Shown here one piece after another: positions 17,706 through 26,100 of a DNA stretch of 64,000 bases; positions within the stretch are counted from its first letter, which is position 1; every line of letters starts with the position of its first letter. The position numbers were made by a program, and so were the translations under genes. Origin of the DNA: a virus (taxonomy: Duplodnaviria; Caudoviricetes). The notes beneath the pieces were generated by a model, which saw nothing but the letters and a program-made list of their open reading frames with translations, was not told where the DNA came from and did no database searches. Location: the IMG/VR virus record IMGVR_UViG_3300012942_000041, positions 18,480 to 82,479 of that record; one strand, written 5' to 3'.

Positions 17706-19788
17706 GGGCAATCAGGGCACTCGCCGCGCGCTCCACCACCCCCCGCTCCCACCCACGCACCTGCACCCCGCCGATCGTCGGCTTCGACGACGTCGCCCCC
17801 GGCACCAACCCCGCCAGCAGCCGCTGCAGCTCACCGCCGTCCGCGACAATCCCCGCCGCCACGACCTCCGCCGTCGGCACGAAATCCGCCCGGCGCTCAT
17901 CGAACAGGCGCAGCAGCCCGGCAACCTTCCCGGCCTGCACGGTCCCCAGCGCGTCCAGGCGATCCGCCACCGACACCGCCGCGTCCACCGGCCGGCCCGG
18001 GCGGAACCGCGACAGCTCGTGCAGCAGGTCCGCCTCCGCGAGGGAGTCGTCGTCGAACCACGGCCGGCCCGCCTTGACGCGCTCTTCGACAGCCCGCCGG
18101 ATCCCGGCATTGGAGTGCTCGTTCCAACCCCACAACACCGGGCGCGTCATGCCCGCACCCTTGATGAAGGACTGGCCGGCGTCGTTGCGGACCTGTGCGT
18201 TCTGCGCCGGCACCAGCCGGTCGGGGCGGAAGCCCTGATCGATGGCGCCCTTGCCGAACACGATCGGGATGTCCGCGTGACGGGCGGCGAGCATGATGCG
18301 CAGCGTGAACGTGTCCGCGATCGCGTCGCCCATCGCCTCCGACGTGGCGTCCTGCCCGGCCGCGACTGGGTAGATCCCGGACTGCTTGCCGATCCGCAGC
18401 AGGTCGATGAACAGCTGCTTCGCGGGCTTGGACAGGAAGATGAACTCGTCCACGATCGGGAAGATCGCCGGGTGTTCGCGGGTCGCCACCCACGTGTCGC
18501 CCATCTTCAGGCGGTTGCGGACCCGGTTACGGCCCTCGGCCATCCGCACCAGGTACTCCAGCCACTCCTCGCACGCCTGGTTGCCGCGGATCGGCGGCGC
18601 CGCCATCACGCCCTCGAACTCCCTCAAGCCGTCCTTGACCGGGTCCAGGTCCAGGGCGATCGCGTTGTGGCAGGCCGTGATGACCTCGGCGAGGTCCCGC
18701 AGCACTCCGGTGGACTTCGCCGACCCGGACGAGCCGATGACGAGGACGCGGGTGCCCTCCAGGACGATTTCCAGGGGCTTGCCGTCCATGGACTGCCCGA
18801 AGTGGTGCGCGTCGGAGATGTCCAGGCTGTTCGGCTGCGCGGGCTGGGGCAGCGGCATGTTCTCGAACGGGTTGTCCGTGACCAGCCGCAGGGTGTGGTG
18901 CGCGGCGTTGCTCAGGTCGGCCTCGGGCATCGTGCCGCCATGCTTGATGGCGAAGTGCGCGTCCAGCTGGTCGCTGGCCGCCATCACCTTGCCAGAGCCG
19001 GCGCCTTTGGTGACGACGTCGACTTCCCAGCCCCAGGGACGGTGTCCGAGCGTGCGGATCTGTCGGGTGTTGATGCCTTCGGCCGCGTAGGCGCGGGCGA
19101 CGCATTCCTCGACCTGGCCGCCGTCGCGGCACCAGGCGAGCGGGAACGGCTCCTGCCCGTCGTCGGTGTCCTCCGGCGCGACGATCTCCTCGGGGGCCAC
19201 CGACGCGTGCAGCCGGTACCGGCCGTACAGCGTCAGCACCGCGCCGGCGAGGATCGCCTCCGCGCCCGGGGCTGCGGCCCATGCCTCGGGGGACAGGGCG
19301 GGGACGTGGGCCCAGCCGGTGATCGCAGCCCACGAGAACAGGTCGGCGGCGGTGAGGCTCCCGAACGTCCATCCGAGCACCCGCCACCGCCGCGCCCTGG
19401 TGTCGTGGACCTTCCGCCACGACGGGCCGTTCATCCCACCCAGCGCCTCGATGTGATCGTGCGCGCGAACGTACCGGTAGCCCAGGTACGCCGTCGAACG
19501 CGTCCCGTGACTGAAATAGCGGACGATCCGTCCGGCCAGACGCGCGGTCAGGCCGGCCCCGCGCGCGGTCGCCACCGCGGCGACCATTGCCGCCGACCCG
19601 GCCCGCGTGACCCGCGCCTCGCGGTACGGCACGAACTCGATCACGCCCGGAGCGATGTCCTCGCCCGGCTCGTCCGCGTCGACGAACTCGGCGAGCACGA
19701 CGCCCTCAGAACCGGTGCCGTCGGGAACGGACTGGCCGTGGTCGTTGACGTTGTCGTCCGCGTTGACGGACGGACGGACGAGTGCCAT
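17698..19788 (-). CDS. traB: FtsK/SpoIIIE-family TraB-like DNA translocase
   Basis: From MALVRPS; N-terminal TM region, Walker A GSSGSAKS, Walker B IVDEF, LLRIGKQSG...GQD; short C-terminal wHTH-like tail. Confidence 0.8.
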   Translation of the reverse strand: MALVRPSVNADDNVNDHGQSVPDGTGSEGVVLAEFVDADEPGEDIAPGVIEFVPYREARVTRAGSAAMVAAVATARGAGLTARLAGRIVRYFSHGTRSTAYLGYRYVRAHDHIEALGGMNGPSWRKVHDTRARRWRVLGWTFGSLTAADLFSWAAITGWAHVPALSPEAWAAAPGAEAILAGAVLTLYGRYRLHASVAPEEIVAPEDTDDGQEPFPLAWCRDGGQVEECVARAYAAEGINTRQIRTLGHRPWGWEVDVVTKGAGSGKVMAASDQLDAHFAIKHGGTMPEADLSNAAHHTLRLVTDNPFENMPLPQPAQPNSLDISDAHHFGQSMDGKPLEIVLEGTRVLVIGSSGSAKSTGVLRDLAEVITACHNAIALDLDPVKDGLREFEGVMAAPPIRGNQACEEWLEYLVRMAEGRNRVRNRLKMGDTWVATREHPAIFPIVDEFIFLSKPAKQLFIDLLRIGKQSGIYPVAAGQDATSEAMGDAIADTFTLRIMLAARHADIPIVFGKGAIDQGFRPDRLVPAQNAQVRNDAGQSFIKGAGMTRPVLWGWNEHSNAGIRRAVEERVKAGRPWFDDDSLAEADLLHELSRFRPGRPVDAAVSVADRLDALGTVQAGKVAGLLRLFDERRADFVPTAEVVAAGIVADGGELQRLLAGLVPGATSSKPTIGGVQVRGWERGVVERAASALIAPS

Positions 19789-19789
19789 C

Positions 19790-20746
19790 TCAGGCTCCCT
19801 TCTCGCGGACGGGCGTGAGTGCGGGCGCGCCGCGTTCAGCGCGGATCTGGTCGAGGATCCGTCCAGCGTCCTTGTTCTGGATCGTGCCGCCACCAGCACG
19901 GATGGCGCGGACGAGGTTGTCGCGGTTGAGGCGTTCTTTCGTCCGTTCCAGTTCGTCTGCGGCAGCGCGGGCGCGGACGAGGAGGTCGTGGTCGTCTGGG
20001 CCGGTGAGGCCCGGCACGGGCGGGGCCATGGTGGGCTTCGTCCGGCCGTCCGCTGGCGGACGGGGCACGGACGGCTGCTTCTTCGTCCGCTTCTTCGCGA
20101 CCGCCGTCCGGGGGCTCTCGATGCCCTTGGCGGCGTTCTCCCGGCCCTCCGCGAGCGCCATGACCTTCTCCACCGCGCGCTTGAACCGGCGGCGCGCAGC
20201 GGCAAGGAACTCGGCGCAGAAGAACTGGATGGTGGGCCCGATGGCGTGGAGGATCGCGCCCCCGGGGTCGTGGACTTCGGCCGGCCCGTAGACACAGAGC
20301 GTGATCGCGGCGAGGGCGGTCATCGCGCGGAGCGCGGCGCCCCAGAACACGACGGACTCCTCGTACTCGGCGAGGACAGCGCCGATCTGGATCTCCACGA
20401 TCAGCCCGGCTTCCAGGGCCGGGTAGAGGAACCAGCCCCAGGGGTCGGGGGTTTCGTGGCGGTGGAGGACGGAGTGCGCGTTTCCCGACCCGAAGATCGT
20501 GATGACGGCGGAGATGACGATGAACAGGACCGTCCAGTTACGGCTGCGCCTCTGGATCCCGGCGGCGGTCGCCCGGTGCTTCGCGGCGGCTTCCGCGTTC
20601 CGCTGCGCCTGGATCTCCTCCGGGGTGGGCGCGGCAGGCTGAGGTGTCGGGGCCGGCACGGGCTGGGCAGGCGGAAGCGCTGCGGGCGCCTTGGTGAGCG
20701 GCGTCCACAGTGCTGCGTCCGGGATCAGCTTCGGGTTGTCGGTCAC
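19790..20746 (-). CDS. Multi-TM protein with C-terminal HTH-like tail (SpdB/DUF2637-like)
   Basis: About 4 hydrophobic segments, Pro-rich linker, helical C-terminus; adjacent to traB. Confidence 0.65.
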   Translation of the reverse strand: MTDNPKLIPDAALWTPLTKAPAALPPAQPVPAPTPQPAAPTPEEIQAQRNAEAAAKHRATAAGIQRRSRNWTVLFIVISAVITIFGSGNAHSVLHRHETPDPWGWFLYPALEAGLIVEIQIGAVLAEYEESVVFWGAALRAMTALAAITLCVYGPAEVHDPGGAILHAIGPTIQFFCAEFLAAARRRFKRAVEKVMALAEGRENAAKGIESPRTAVAKKRTKKQPSVPRPPADGRTKPTMAPPVPGLTGPDDHDLLVRARAAADELERTKERLNRDNLVRAIRAGGGTIQNKDAGRILDQIRAERGAPALTPVREKGA

Positions 20747-20774
20747 GACGTTGGCTCCGGGGTGTCGGAAGCGG

Positions 20775-20873
20775 TCAGTGGTGCAGCAGGAACACGATGA
20801 GGTAGACGATCACTGGCTCGACGATGCCGAGCAGGTAGATCAGCTCTGTGCGGTCGCGGCGGCGCATCGGCAT
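20775..20873 (-). CDS. 32-aa membrane peptide
   Basis: MPMRRRDRTELIYLLGIVEPVIVYLIVFLLHH; GAGG upstream. Confidence 0.45.
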   Translation of the reverse strand: MPMRRRDRTELIYLLGIVEPVIVYLIVFLLHH

Positions 20874-20883
20874 GTCCCTCGGG

Positions 20884-21186
20884 TCAGGCGGCGGCATCGG
20901 TGGTGGTGTGGGCGTCTCGGAACTCGTCCCAGAAGGCCTCTGCGAGACGCAGGCCGGCGACCGCGCCGAGCGGCGGGGTTCCGGCCATCTCCGATGCCTT
21001 GAACTCGGCCTTCGCCAGGCCGGTGGCAGCGAGGTTGACCAGGACGCGGGCGGACCGCGTCAACAGGACGGCGGAGGCGAGGGCGAGCAGCCCGGCCGCG
21101 ATCAGCGTGCGCACGGCCACGTGCCGGAGGGTGCGGTACAGCTTCTGCCGCCGGTTCGGCATCGCGGTGATCATGTAGGGGGACAC
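20884..21186 (-). CDS. Membrane protein of transfer module
   Basis: Hydrophobic segment; AAGGAG RBS. Confidence 0.55.
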   Translation of the reverse strand: MSPYMITAMPNRRQKLYRTLRHVAVRTLIAAGLLALASAVLLTRSARVLVNLAATGLAKAEFKASEMAGTPPLGAVAGLRLAEAFWDEFRDAHTTTDAAA

Positions 21187-21279
21187 GTCGGGCTCCTTCC
21201 TGGTCGGGGCGGGGTGGTCTGGCGGTTCTCCTTCCCGCCCGGGGTGCGGGGTCGGGCGGGTCGGACAGCCGGCAGGCCG

Positions 21280-21453
21280 TCAGCGGCGGGTCCAGGGGAC
21301 GTTCTTCGCGGCCTTGACCACGCGGTCGTTGGCGTCGACGAAGTCGTCGGACTCGTCGCGGTCACGGTCGGCGACGCGGGCGAGCTCGGTCTTGGCGGTC
21401 TTGTAGGCGCGGACGGCGTCCTTGTTGCCGATGATCTTGTCGCGGATGCTCAC
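21280..21453 (-). CDS. 57-aa hypothetical protein
   Basis: MSIRDKIIGNK...NDRV.KA.KNVPWTRR; AAGGA RBS. Confidence 0.6.
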   Translation of the reverse strand: MSIRDKIIGNKDAVRAYKTAKTELARVADRDRDESDDFVDANDRVVKAAKNVPWTRR

Positions 21454-21468
21454 GGGGTTCCTTCCGGG

Positions 21469-21609
21469 TCAGTGGTGGCGGGCGGTGCTGTGTGCGGGTG
21501 TCGGGTGGCTGGCGGCGGGGGTGTTCGCGTGGGCGTAGAGGCCTACAGCGACCAGGGCGAGGAGCGTGAGTACGGCTCGGCCGCACCACTTCCGGATCCC
21601 GGCCTTCAC
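21469..21609 (-). CDS. 46-aa signal-peptide/TM protein
   Basis: MKAGIRKWCGRAVLTLLALVAVGLYAHA... Confidence 0.45.
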   Translation of the reverse strand: MKAGIRKWCGRAVLTLLALVAVGLYAHANTPAASHPTPAHSTARHH

Positions 21610-21676
21610 CGCGCACCGCCACGGGTGGCGAGTCCGGTGGGACGCATCACGGGTGCCTTCCTGGATCGAGGGTGGT

Positions 21677-21717
21677 GGCCGGGGCCCGCCCGTGGGGGAC
21701 GTGTGCGGGCCCCGGCC
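21677..21717. terminator. 13-bp stem-loop
   Basis: GGCCGGGGCCCGC-N15-GCGGGCCCCGGCC. Confidence 0.55.
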
Positions 21718-21767
21718 GTTGGGTGCCGCGCCGTGACGTGAGGGGGGTCGGCCACGGCGCGGCAGTC

Positions 21768-22094
21768 TTAGGGGTGCCGCAGGAGGTTCCCGACGGCGAT
21801 CACACGGACGTGCATCGTGGTGCCGTACCGGCGGGTGAGCGCCGCAGCGAGGTCCAGGTCGATCGAGAGGCCGACCAGCTCACCGGCGAACACGGGGGTG
21901 TACGCGTTGAGGTGCACCAGCCCATCCGCATCCACCTGGGTCGGGACAGGGCCGACGTTGCGGAGCTCTAGACCCGACAAGCCCGACACCTGCTCCACGT
22001 CCCGGACCACATCCATCCAGTCGTGCCGGACACGGGCGAGGGAGGGGACCTCCGCCGGCGCGCCGAACGCCGCGTAGGCGGCGGGCGTGGTCAT
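21768..22094 (-). CDS. Hypothetical protein
   Basis: 108 aa, coupled to upstream ORF. Confidence 0.55.
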   Translation of the reverse strand: MTTPAAYAAFGAPAEVPSLARVRHDWMDVVRDVEQVSGLSGLELRNVGPVPTQVDADGLVHLNAYTPVFAGELVGLSIDLDLAAALTRRYGTTMHVRVIAVGNLLRHP

Positions 22095-22330
22095 CGGGCA
22101 CCGCCGAGGATCTGCTCCAGCCCGGTCATGTTCACCAGCACCTCCCGGGCGTGCGACCCATCGGAGGGGCCGACGATGCCGAGCTCGTGCATCTGGTCCA
22201 TGAGGCGCAGTGCCTGCGCGAACCGCAGACGCATCTTGCGCTGGATCAGGCCCACGGAACTGAACTGGGCGCCCACAACCAGACGCGCGGCCTCAGCGAG
22301 GAGACCATCGGGCGCAGTCTGGGCGGTCAT
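22091..22330 (-). CDS. Stand-alone FtsK gamma-domain protein
   Basis: LLAEAARLVV.AQFSSVGLIQRKMRLRFAQALRLMDQMHELGIVGPSDGSHAREVL follows the FtsK-gamma consensus. Confidence 0.85.
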   Translation of the reverse strand: MTAQTAPDGLLAEAARLVVGAQFSSVGLIQRKMRLRFAQALRLMDQMHELGIVGPSDGSHAREVLVNMTGLEQILGGAR

Positions 22331-22542
22331 GACGCGACCGCCGCGGTGGTGGCCGGCGTGGTCTGCACGGCGGGGAGAGCGTCCTCGGGGATGCGGATGG
22401 CGCCTCCGCGGCCCTGCGGGGTGGTCCCGGCGGGGCGGGGCTTGCCGTAGCGGACGTGTTCGAGGACGCCCTCCGCGACCCACCGGTAGATCGTCGACGG
22501 GTGGACGCCGACGAGGGCCGCGGCTTCCTTTACGCGCAGCAT
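22327..22542 (-). CDS. Excisionase-type HTH protein
   Basis: LRVKEAAALVGVHPSTIYRWV.EG.L...IRIP. Confidence 0.8.
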   Translation of the reverse strand: MLRVKEAAALVGVHPSTIYRWVAEGVLEHVRYGKPRPAGTTPQGRGGAIRIPEDALPAVQTTPATTAAVAS

Positions 22543-22767
22543 CGGGACTCCTTTCGCAAGAGCGCGGGTTCTTCGCAACCGTACTCCCAATAGCGATGGG
22601 TAGACAAGCACTACTGGTCAACGGCACCCTGAACACAGACCAGCACCACGCTCCTGATCAAACAGAGCGCTACAGTGGCCACGCCCAACACTCCGCGAAC
22701 CGAACGAGGCCCGCCCAATGACCAGCCCCGCCACCGGACGCCCGACCCGTACCGAGGCAGGGTGACC

Positions 22768-23592
22768 ATGGCCGCCAAACGCAAGACCCCCACCGAAACC
22801 GACCCCCGCCCCCTGCACGTCAAGGTCGCCGCCGATCTGCGCGCCGGCATCATGGCCGGGGAGTACCCGCCCGGCTCGAAGCTGCCGTCGATCAGCACGC
22901 TGAAGAAGCGATTCGCGCAGGAAGAGACCGACCCCGCCACCGGGCAGCCCGTGCTGCGGGAGGCGTCGAGTCAGACCGTCGTCAACGGCATCTCGATCCT
23001 CAAGGACGAGCACCTCGCAGTCGGCCAGGCCGGGCGCGGCGTCATCGTCCGCCCTCACCGGCAGCGCACCATCACCCCCGCCGAAACCCTCGCACCGTCA
23101 GCGGAGGGGGAACGGTACAGGTGGCTGGACGTCCTCGCCCGCGACGGCGGCACCGCCACCTCCACCCTGCTCGACGTGGCGGAGGTGCCGGCGCCGGCGG
23201 ACGTGCGGACGGTGTTCGGCCTCGACGACGACGCCGTAGTGGTGGAGCGGACGCTGCTGTTCAGCGTCGATGACGAACCGGTCGAGCTGGTCCGGAACTA
23301 CTACCCGACCGACATCGCCCGCGGCACCGCGCTCGCGGAGCGGCGGCGGATCAAGGGCGGCACCCCCACCCTCCTCACCGAGATGGGACTCCCGCCGCGG
23401 ACCGCCGACGACTTCGTCACCGCCCGGATCCCCACCACCGACGAGTACCAGGCGCTCCGGCTGCCGACCGAGCTGCCGATCCTGCGGATCCTCCGCGTCG
23501 TCACCACCGACGACGACCGGCCGATCGAGGTCAGCATCACGGCGAAAGCGGGGCATCTCAACGAGATGCACTACCGCATCCCCATCACCTGA
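22768..23592 (+). CDS. GntR/HutC-family regulator with UTRA domain (KorA/KorSA-like)
   Basis: ADLRAGIMAGEYPPGSKLPS...GRGVIVR wHTH; PVELVRNYYP UTRA; divergent from transfer operon. Confidence 0.9.
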   Translation: MAAKRKTPTETDPRPLHVKVAADLRAGIMAGEYPPGSKLPSISTLKKRFAQEETDPATGQPVLREASSQTVVNGISILKDEHLAVGQAGRGVIVRPHRQRTITPAETLAPSAEGERYRWLDVLARDGGTATSTLLDVAEVPAPADVRTVFGLDDDAVVVERTLLFSVDDEPVELVRNYYPTDIARGTALAERRRIKGGTPTLLTEMGLPPRTADDFVTARIPTTDEYQALRLPTELPILRILRVVTTDDDRPIEVSITAKAGHLNEMHYRIPIT

Positions 23593-23681
23593 GCAGGGAG
23601 CCAATCATGATCGTGCGTGTGGCCGGCGTGTCCCTAGGGTGCCCGTCGGATGGTCCGGCGGAGTCCCCGTAGGAGAACGCC

Positions 23682-23840
23682 TTGCCTCGCACGTCGAACC
23701 GCCGCTGGAAGGGCTGCCCGTTGTGCCGCCCGCACAAGATCGCCGGGTACGGTGACGCGGCCCGCGCACCGTGGGCCGTGAACCGCAAGACCGGTCGTAA
23801 GCGCCGCTGGAACCGGCACGACTGGCGCGACGCCGAGTAG
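23682..23840 (+). CDS. 52-aa basic CxxC protein (TTG start, not in ORF track)
   Basis: AGGAGA RBS; MPRTSNRRWKGCPLCRPHKIAGYG...RRWNRHDWRDAE; followed by terminator. Confidence 0.6.
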   Translation: MPRTSNRRWKGCPLCRPHKIAGYGDAARAPWAVNRKTGRKRRWNRHDWRDAE

Positions 23841-23849
23841 GAACACGCA

Positions 23850-23885
23850 AGCGCCCCGTCTCCCATCTCGGGAAGGCGGGGCGCT
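23850..23885. terminator. Stem-loop between convergent genes
   Basis: AGCGCCCCGTCTCCC-ATCTC-GGGAAGGCGGGGCGCT. Confidence 0.7.
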
Positions 23886-23898
23886 GTTCGTTCGCGCG

Positions 23899-24267
23899 TC
23901 AGGCGCCGGCGAGCTCCAGGGGGCCGGGCTGGTACTCGACCTTGTGGACCGGCTGGTGGTCGTCGTCGTCCCACCGCGGCGTGAAGCCACCGGCGGCGTG
24001 GATGGCCGCGCGGATGATGGGCTTGGCCAGGGCGACGGCCTTCTCCTCGGTGGCGTCGATGGTGAACTCGATCTCGACTTCGCCGCTCGCGAGGCTCCCG
24101 CCGATCGACGGGTCGTGGAACTCCGGGTTGCACTTTTCGAGCTTCAGGAGCTCTTCCGTGAGGTCGTCGAGGTGTGCTTCGAGCGCCTCGGCGGCGTCGC
24201 CTTCGTCGTCGCTGGTGCCCCCGAGGACGTTCACGGTGAAGCGCCAGATCATGTCGGTCTGCGTCAT
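23899..24267 (-). CDS. Acidic HicB-like antitoxin (putative)
   Basis: Acidic 122 aa, ATGA-coupled downstream of HicA-like gene. Confidence 0.55.
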   Translation of the reverse strand: MTQTDMIWRFTVNVLGGTSDDEGDAAEALEAHLDDLTEELLKLEKCNPEFHDPSIGGSLASGEVEIEFTIDATEEKAVALAKPIIRAAIHAAGGFTPRWDDDDHQPVHKVEYQPGPLELAGA

Positions 24268-24485
24268 CGTTCATCCTTCCAGCAGGTCCGTTCGAACCAC
24301 TTCTGCGCGTTCAAGACGTACCTCGGATTGCTGGGTGAGAGGTGAATGGTCTTGATGTGCTTCCCCTCACACCCGCACTTGCCTTTGTAGTACCCGTTCC
24401 CTCGCTCGAAGACCCATCCGCGGTCCTCAGCTTCGCGCATGAGGGCCTCGATGTCCTTCTTGGGATGTTTGGGTCGGTCCCCCAC
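24264..24485 (-). CDS. HicA-like toxin (putative)
   Basis: HPKKDIEALMREAEDRGW.FERG.G...HLSPSN; basic 73 aa. Confidence 0.6.
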   Translation of the reverse strand: MGDRPKHPKKDIEALMREAEDRGWVFERGNGYYKGKCGCEGKHIKTIHLSPSNPRYVLNAQKWFERTCWKDER

Positions 24486-24646
24486 CCGTTGTCTCCTCAG
24501 GCAGGCGCGACCCCTGCGTGGACGGTACCGGAATGAAGTCACGGAAAGGTCGCGCTGTGAAACTGGACACTAGGGCAGCCGCAATGGTTGTGCGCGGCGA
24601 ATACCCCGAAAGAGTTGCGTTCCGTGTCGTTGAGACTACTCCTAGA

Positions 24647-25777
24647 TCACACGGGCGCTCGGTCATCGACCGGATGGCCGGGGTTCAGGCACCACACCGT
24701 CTGCCGGTCGCGGGTGACGGTCATGCCCCACTCGTAGATCCCTGGTGAGCCGAGCGTGGCCCACCAGTCCCAGGCGCGTTCCAGTTCGTCGGCGAGGCGC
24801 CGGGGTCCGCCTTGGTAGGCGATGGTGGGGCCGTCGGGTTGGGCGGAGAGGCTGGCCCAGGAGGTGCCGTCGTGGAGCCACGCGGACACCCCGTCCTCGT
24901 CGCGGCCGGTGTCGATCTGGACGTCGGGGAGCAGGGCGCGGAGCGCGAACTGCAAGCTGATGTCCTCCAGCGCGTCGACCGGTCGGAAGGGGCGTTCGTC
25001 GTCGGGGTCGCCGTCGCCTCGGACAGCGGAGTAGGCGAGGACCCGCAGGGTCGGGAGGCGGTCACGGGTGGGCATGAACTGCGCGAGCCCCCGCACCCGG
25101 CCCGAAGCAGATTGACCGTCGGGGTCGACGGTGAGGGCGAAGTGCCCGAGCCGCTCCCGCGGGAACACCACCACGCCGCCCGGTCGGGTCTGGGCGATCC
25201 AGGCCCACGGGACGGGGTCGACGGCGAACGTCGCGATCACCCGATCGAACAGGCCGTCGTCGGGTGCGCCGGTCAGGCCGTCGCCGACCCGGACTGCCAC
25301 GTCGAGGCCGGCCGCGCGGAGGCGCGCCGTGGCCTCGTCGGCGAGCTGCGGGTCGGTCTCGATGCTCACCACCCGCCCGGGCCCGGCGCGGTGGGCGGTG
25401 AGGGCGGCGTGCCAGCCGGTGCCGGTCCCCAGCTCCAGCACGCGATGCCCGGGGGCCAGGTCGAGGGAGTCGAGCATCTCGGCGACGACGGCGGTGGCGG
25501 ACAGGCTCGATGACGGGAGGTCGTCGGCGAGCTGGGTGACGGCCGCCGTGTCCGGGTCGCCGTAGACCAGCTCCGCCCACGCGGCGGGGTTGGTGTCGCG
25601 GTGGATGGGCTCGTAGGCGTCCTGCCCGTTCCACCGCCACAGCACGGGGGGCGCGAAGTCGTGGCGGGGCAGCGCCGCGACCGCCTGCCGGATCCAGGGG
25701 GATCGGGCCGGCCAGTCACCGCGCTGCTCCATCACACGATCCTGCGCGCGCTGTTCCTCGACGAACTGTGCGGTCAC
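24647..25777 (-). CDS. Protein-L-isoaspartate O-methyltransferase homolog (RiPP-type PIMT)
   Basis: PRHDF, SSSLS, VLELGTGTGW, FDRVIAT; C-terminal extension QGGPRRL.DE.E.A..WW..LG.P....GMTVT...Q.VW typical of peptide-modifying PIMTs. Confidence 0.9.
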   Translation of the reverse strand: MTAQFVEEQRAQDRVMEQRGDWPARSPWIRQAVAALPRHDFAPPVLWRWNGQDAYEPIHRDTNPAAWAELVYGDPDTAAVTQLADDLPSSSLSATAVVAEMLDSLDLAPGHRVLELGTGTGWHAALTAHRAGPGRVVSIETDPQLADEATARLRAAGLDVAVRVGDGLTGAPDDGLFDRVIATFAVDPVPWAWIAQTRPGGVVVFPRERLGHFALTVDPDGQSASGRVRGLAQFMPTRDRLPTLRVLAYSAVRGDGDPDDERPFRPVDALEDISLQFALRALLPDVQIDTGRDEDGVSAWLHDGTSWASLSAQPDGPTIAYQGGPRRLADELERAWDWWATLGSPGIYEWGMTVTRDRQTVWCLNPGHPVDDRAPV

Positions 25778-25783
25778 GTTGCC

Positions 25784-25909
25784 CTACTTGCCCTTCGGCT
25801 TGGCGTGCTTCGGGTCCGGCTGCGGGGGCGGCGGGACGCGCCCGTCGCTGTTGCCGGGCGGCGGCTTCCCCTGGGACGGGTCCTTCGGCGGCTTCTCGTG
25901 CTTGCCCAT
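25784..25909 (-). CDS. 41-aa Pro/Lys-rich precursor peptide with DG motif (not in ORF track)
   Basis: MGKHEKPPKDPSQGKPPPGNSDGRVPPPPQPDPKHAKPKGK; GAAGGG RBS; stop 6 bp before PIMT start. Confidence 0.8.
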   Translation of the reverse strand: MGKHEKPPKDPSQGKPPPGNSDGRVPPPPQPDPKHAKPKGK

Positions 25910-26100
25910 GTAGATGCCCTTCTCGTGGGTGCGCGTGCCGCGGCCGGACTGCCGGGCACGCTACTCCGCGCAGCGCCCGGACGGCGGAAAGTCACGATCC
26001 GCACGACCGAGAGCCTTGCTACCAATCGAGACTAGCAGTAGTTTGCTGACTGCTGGCAGACTCCGGCACGACCCCACCGCACGGCAGCCCAGAGGACCCG

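Noticed and set aside
17698-19788. Chromosomal cell-division ftsK
   Set aside because: Divergent Walker A, no canonical gamma domain at its C-terminus, and a Kor/Spd-like context.
544-19818. Very long plus-strand ORFs (544-2097, 5075-8158, 8080-9513, 17089-19818)
   Set aside because: Antisense shadows of real minus-strand genes, expected from high-GC codon bias; no recognisable motifs.
24647-25777. Housekeeping protein-repair pcm
   Set aside because: Long C-terminal extension and a dedicated upstream peptide point to the RiPP-associated type.
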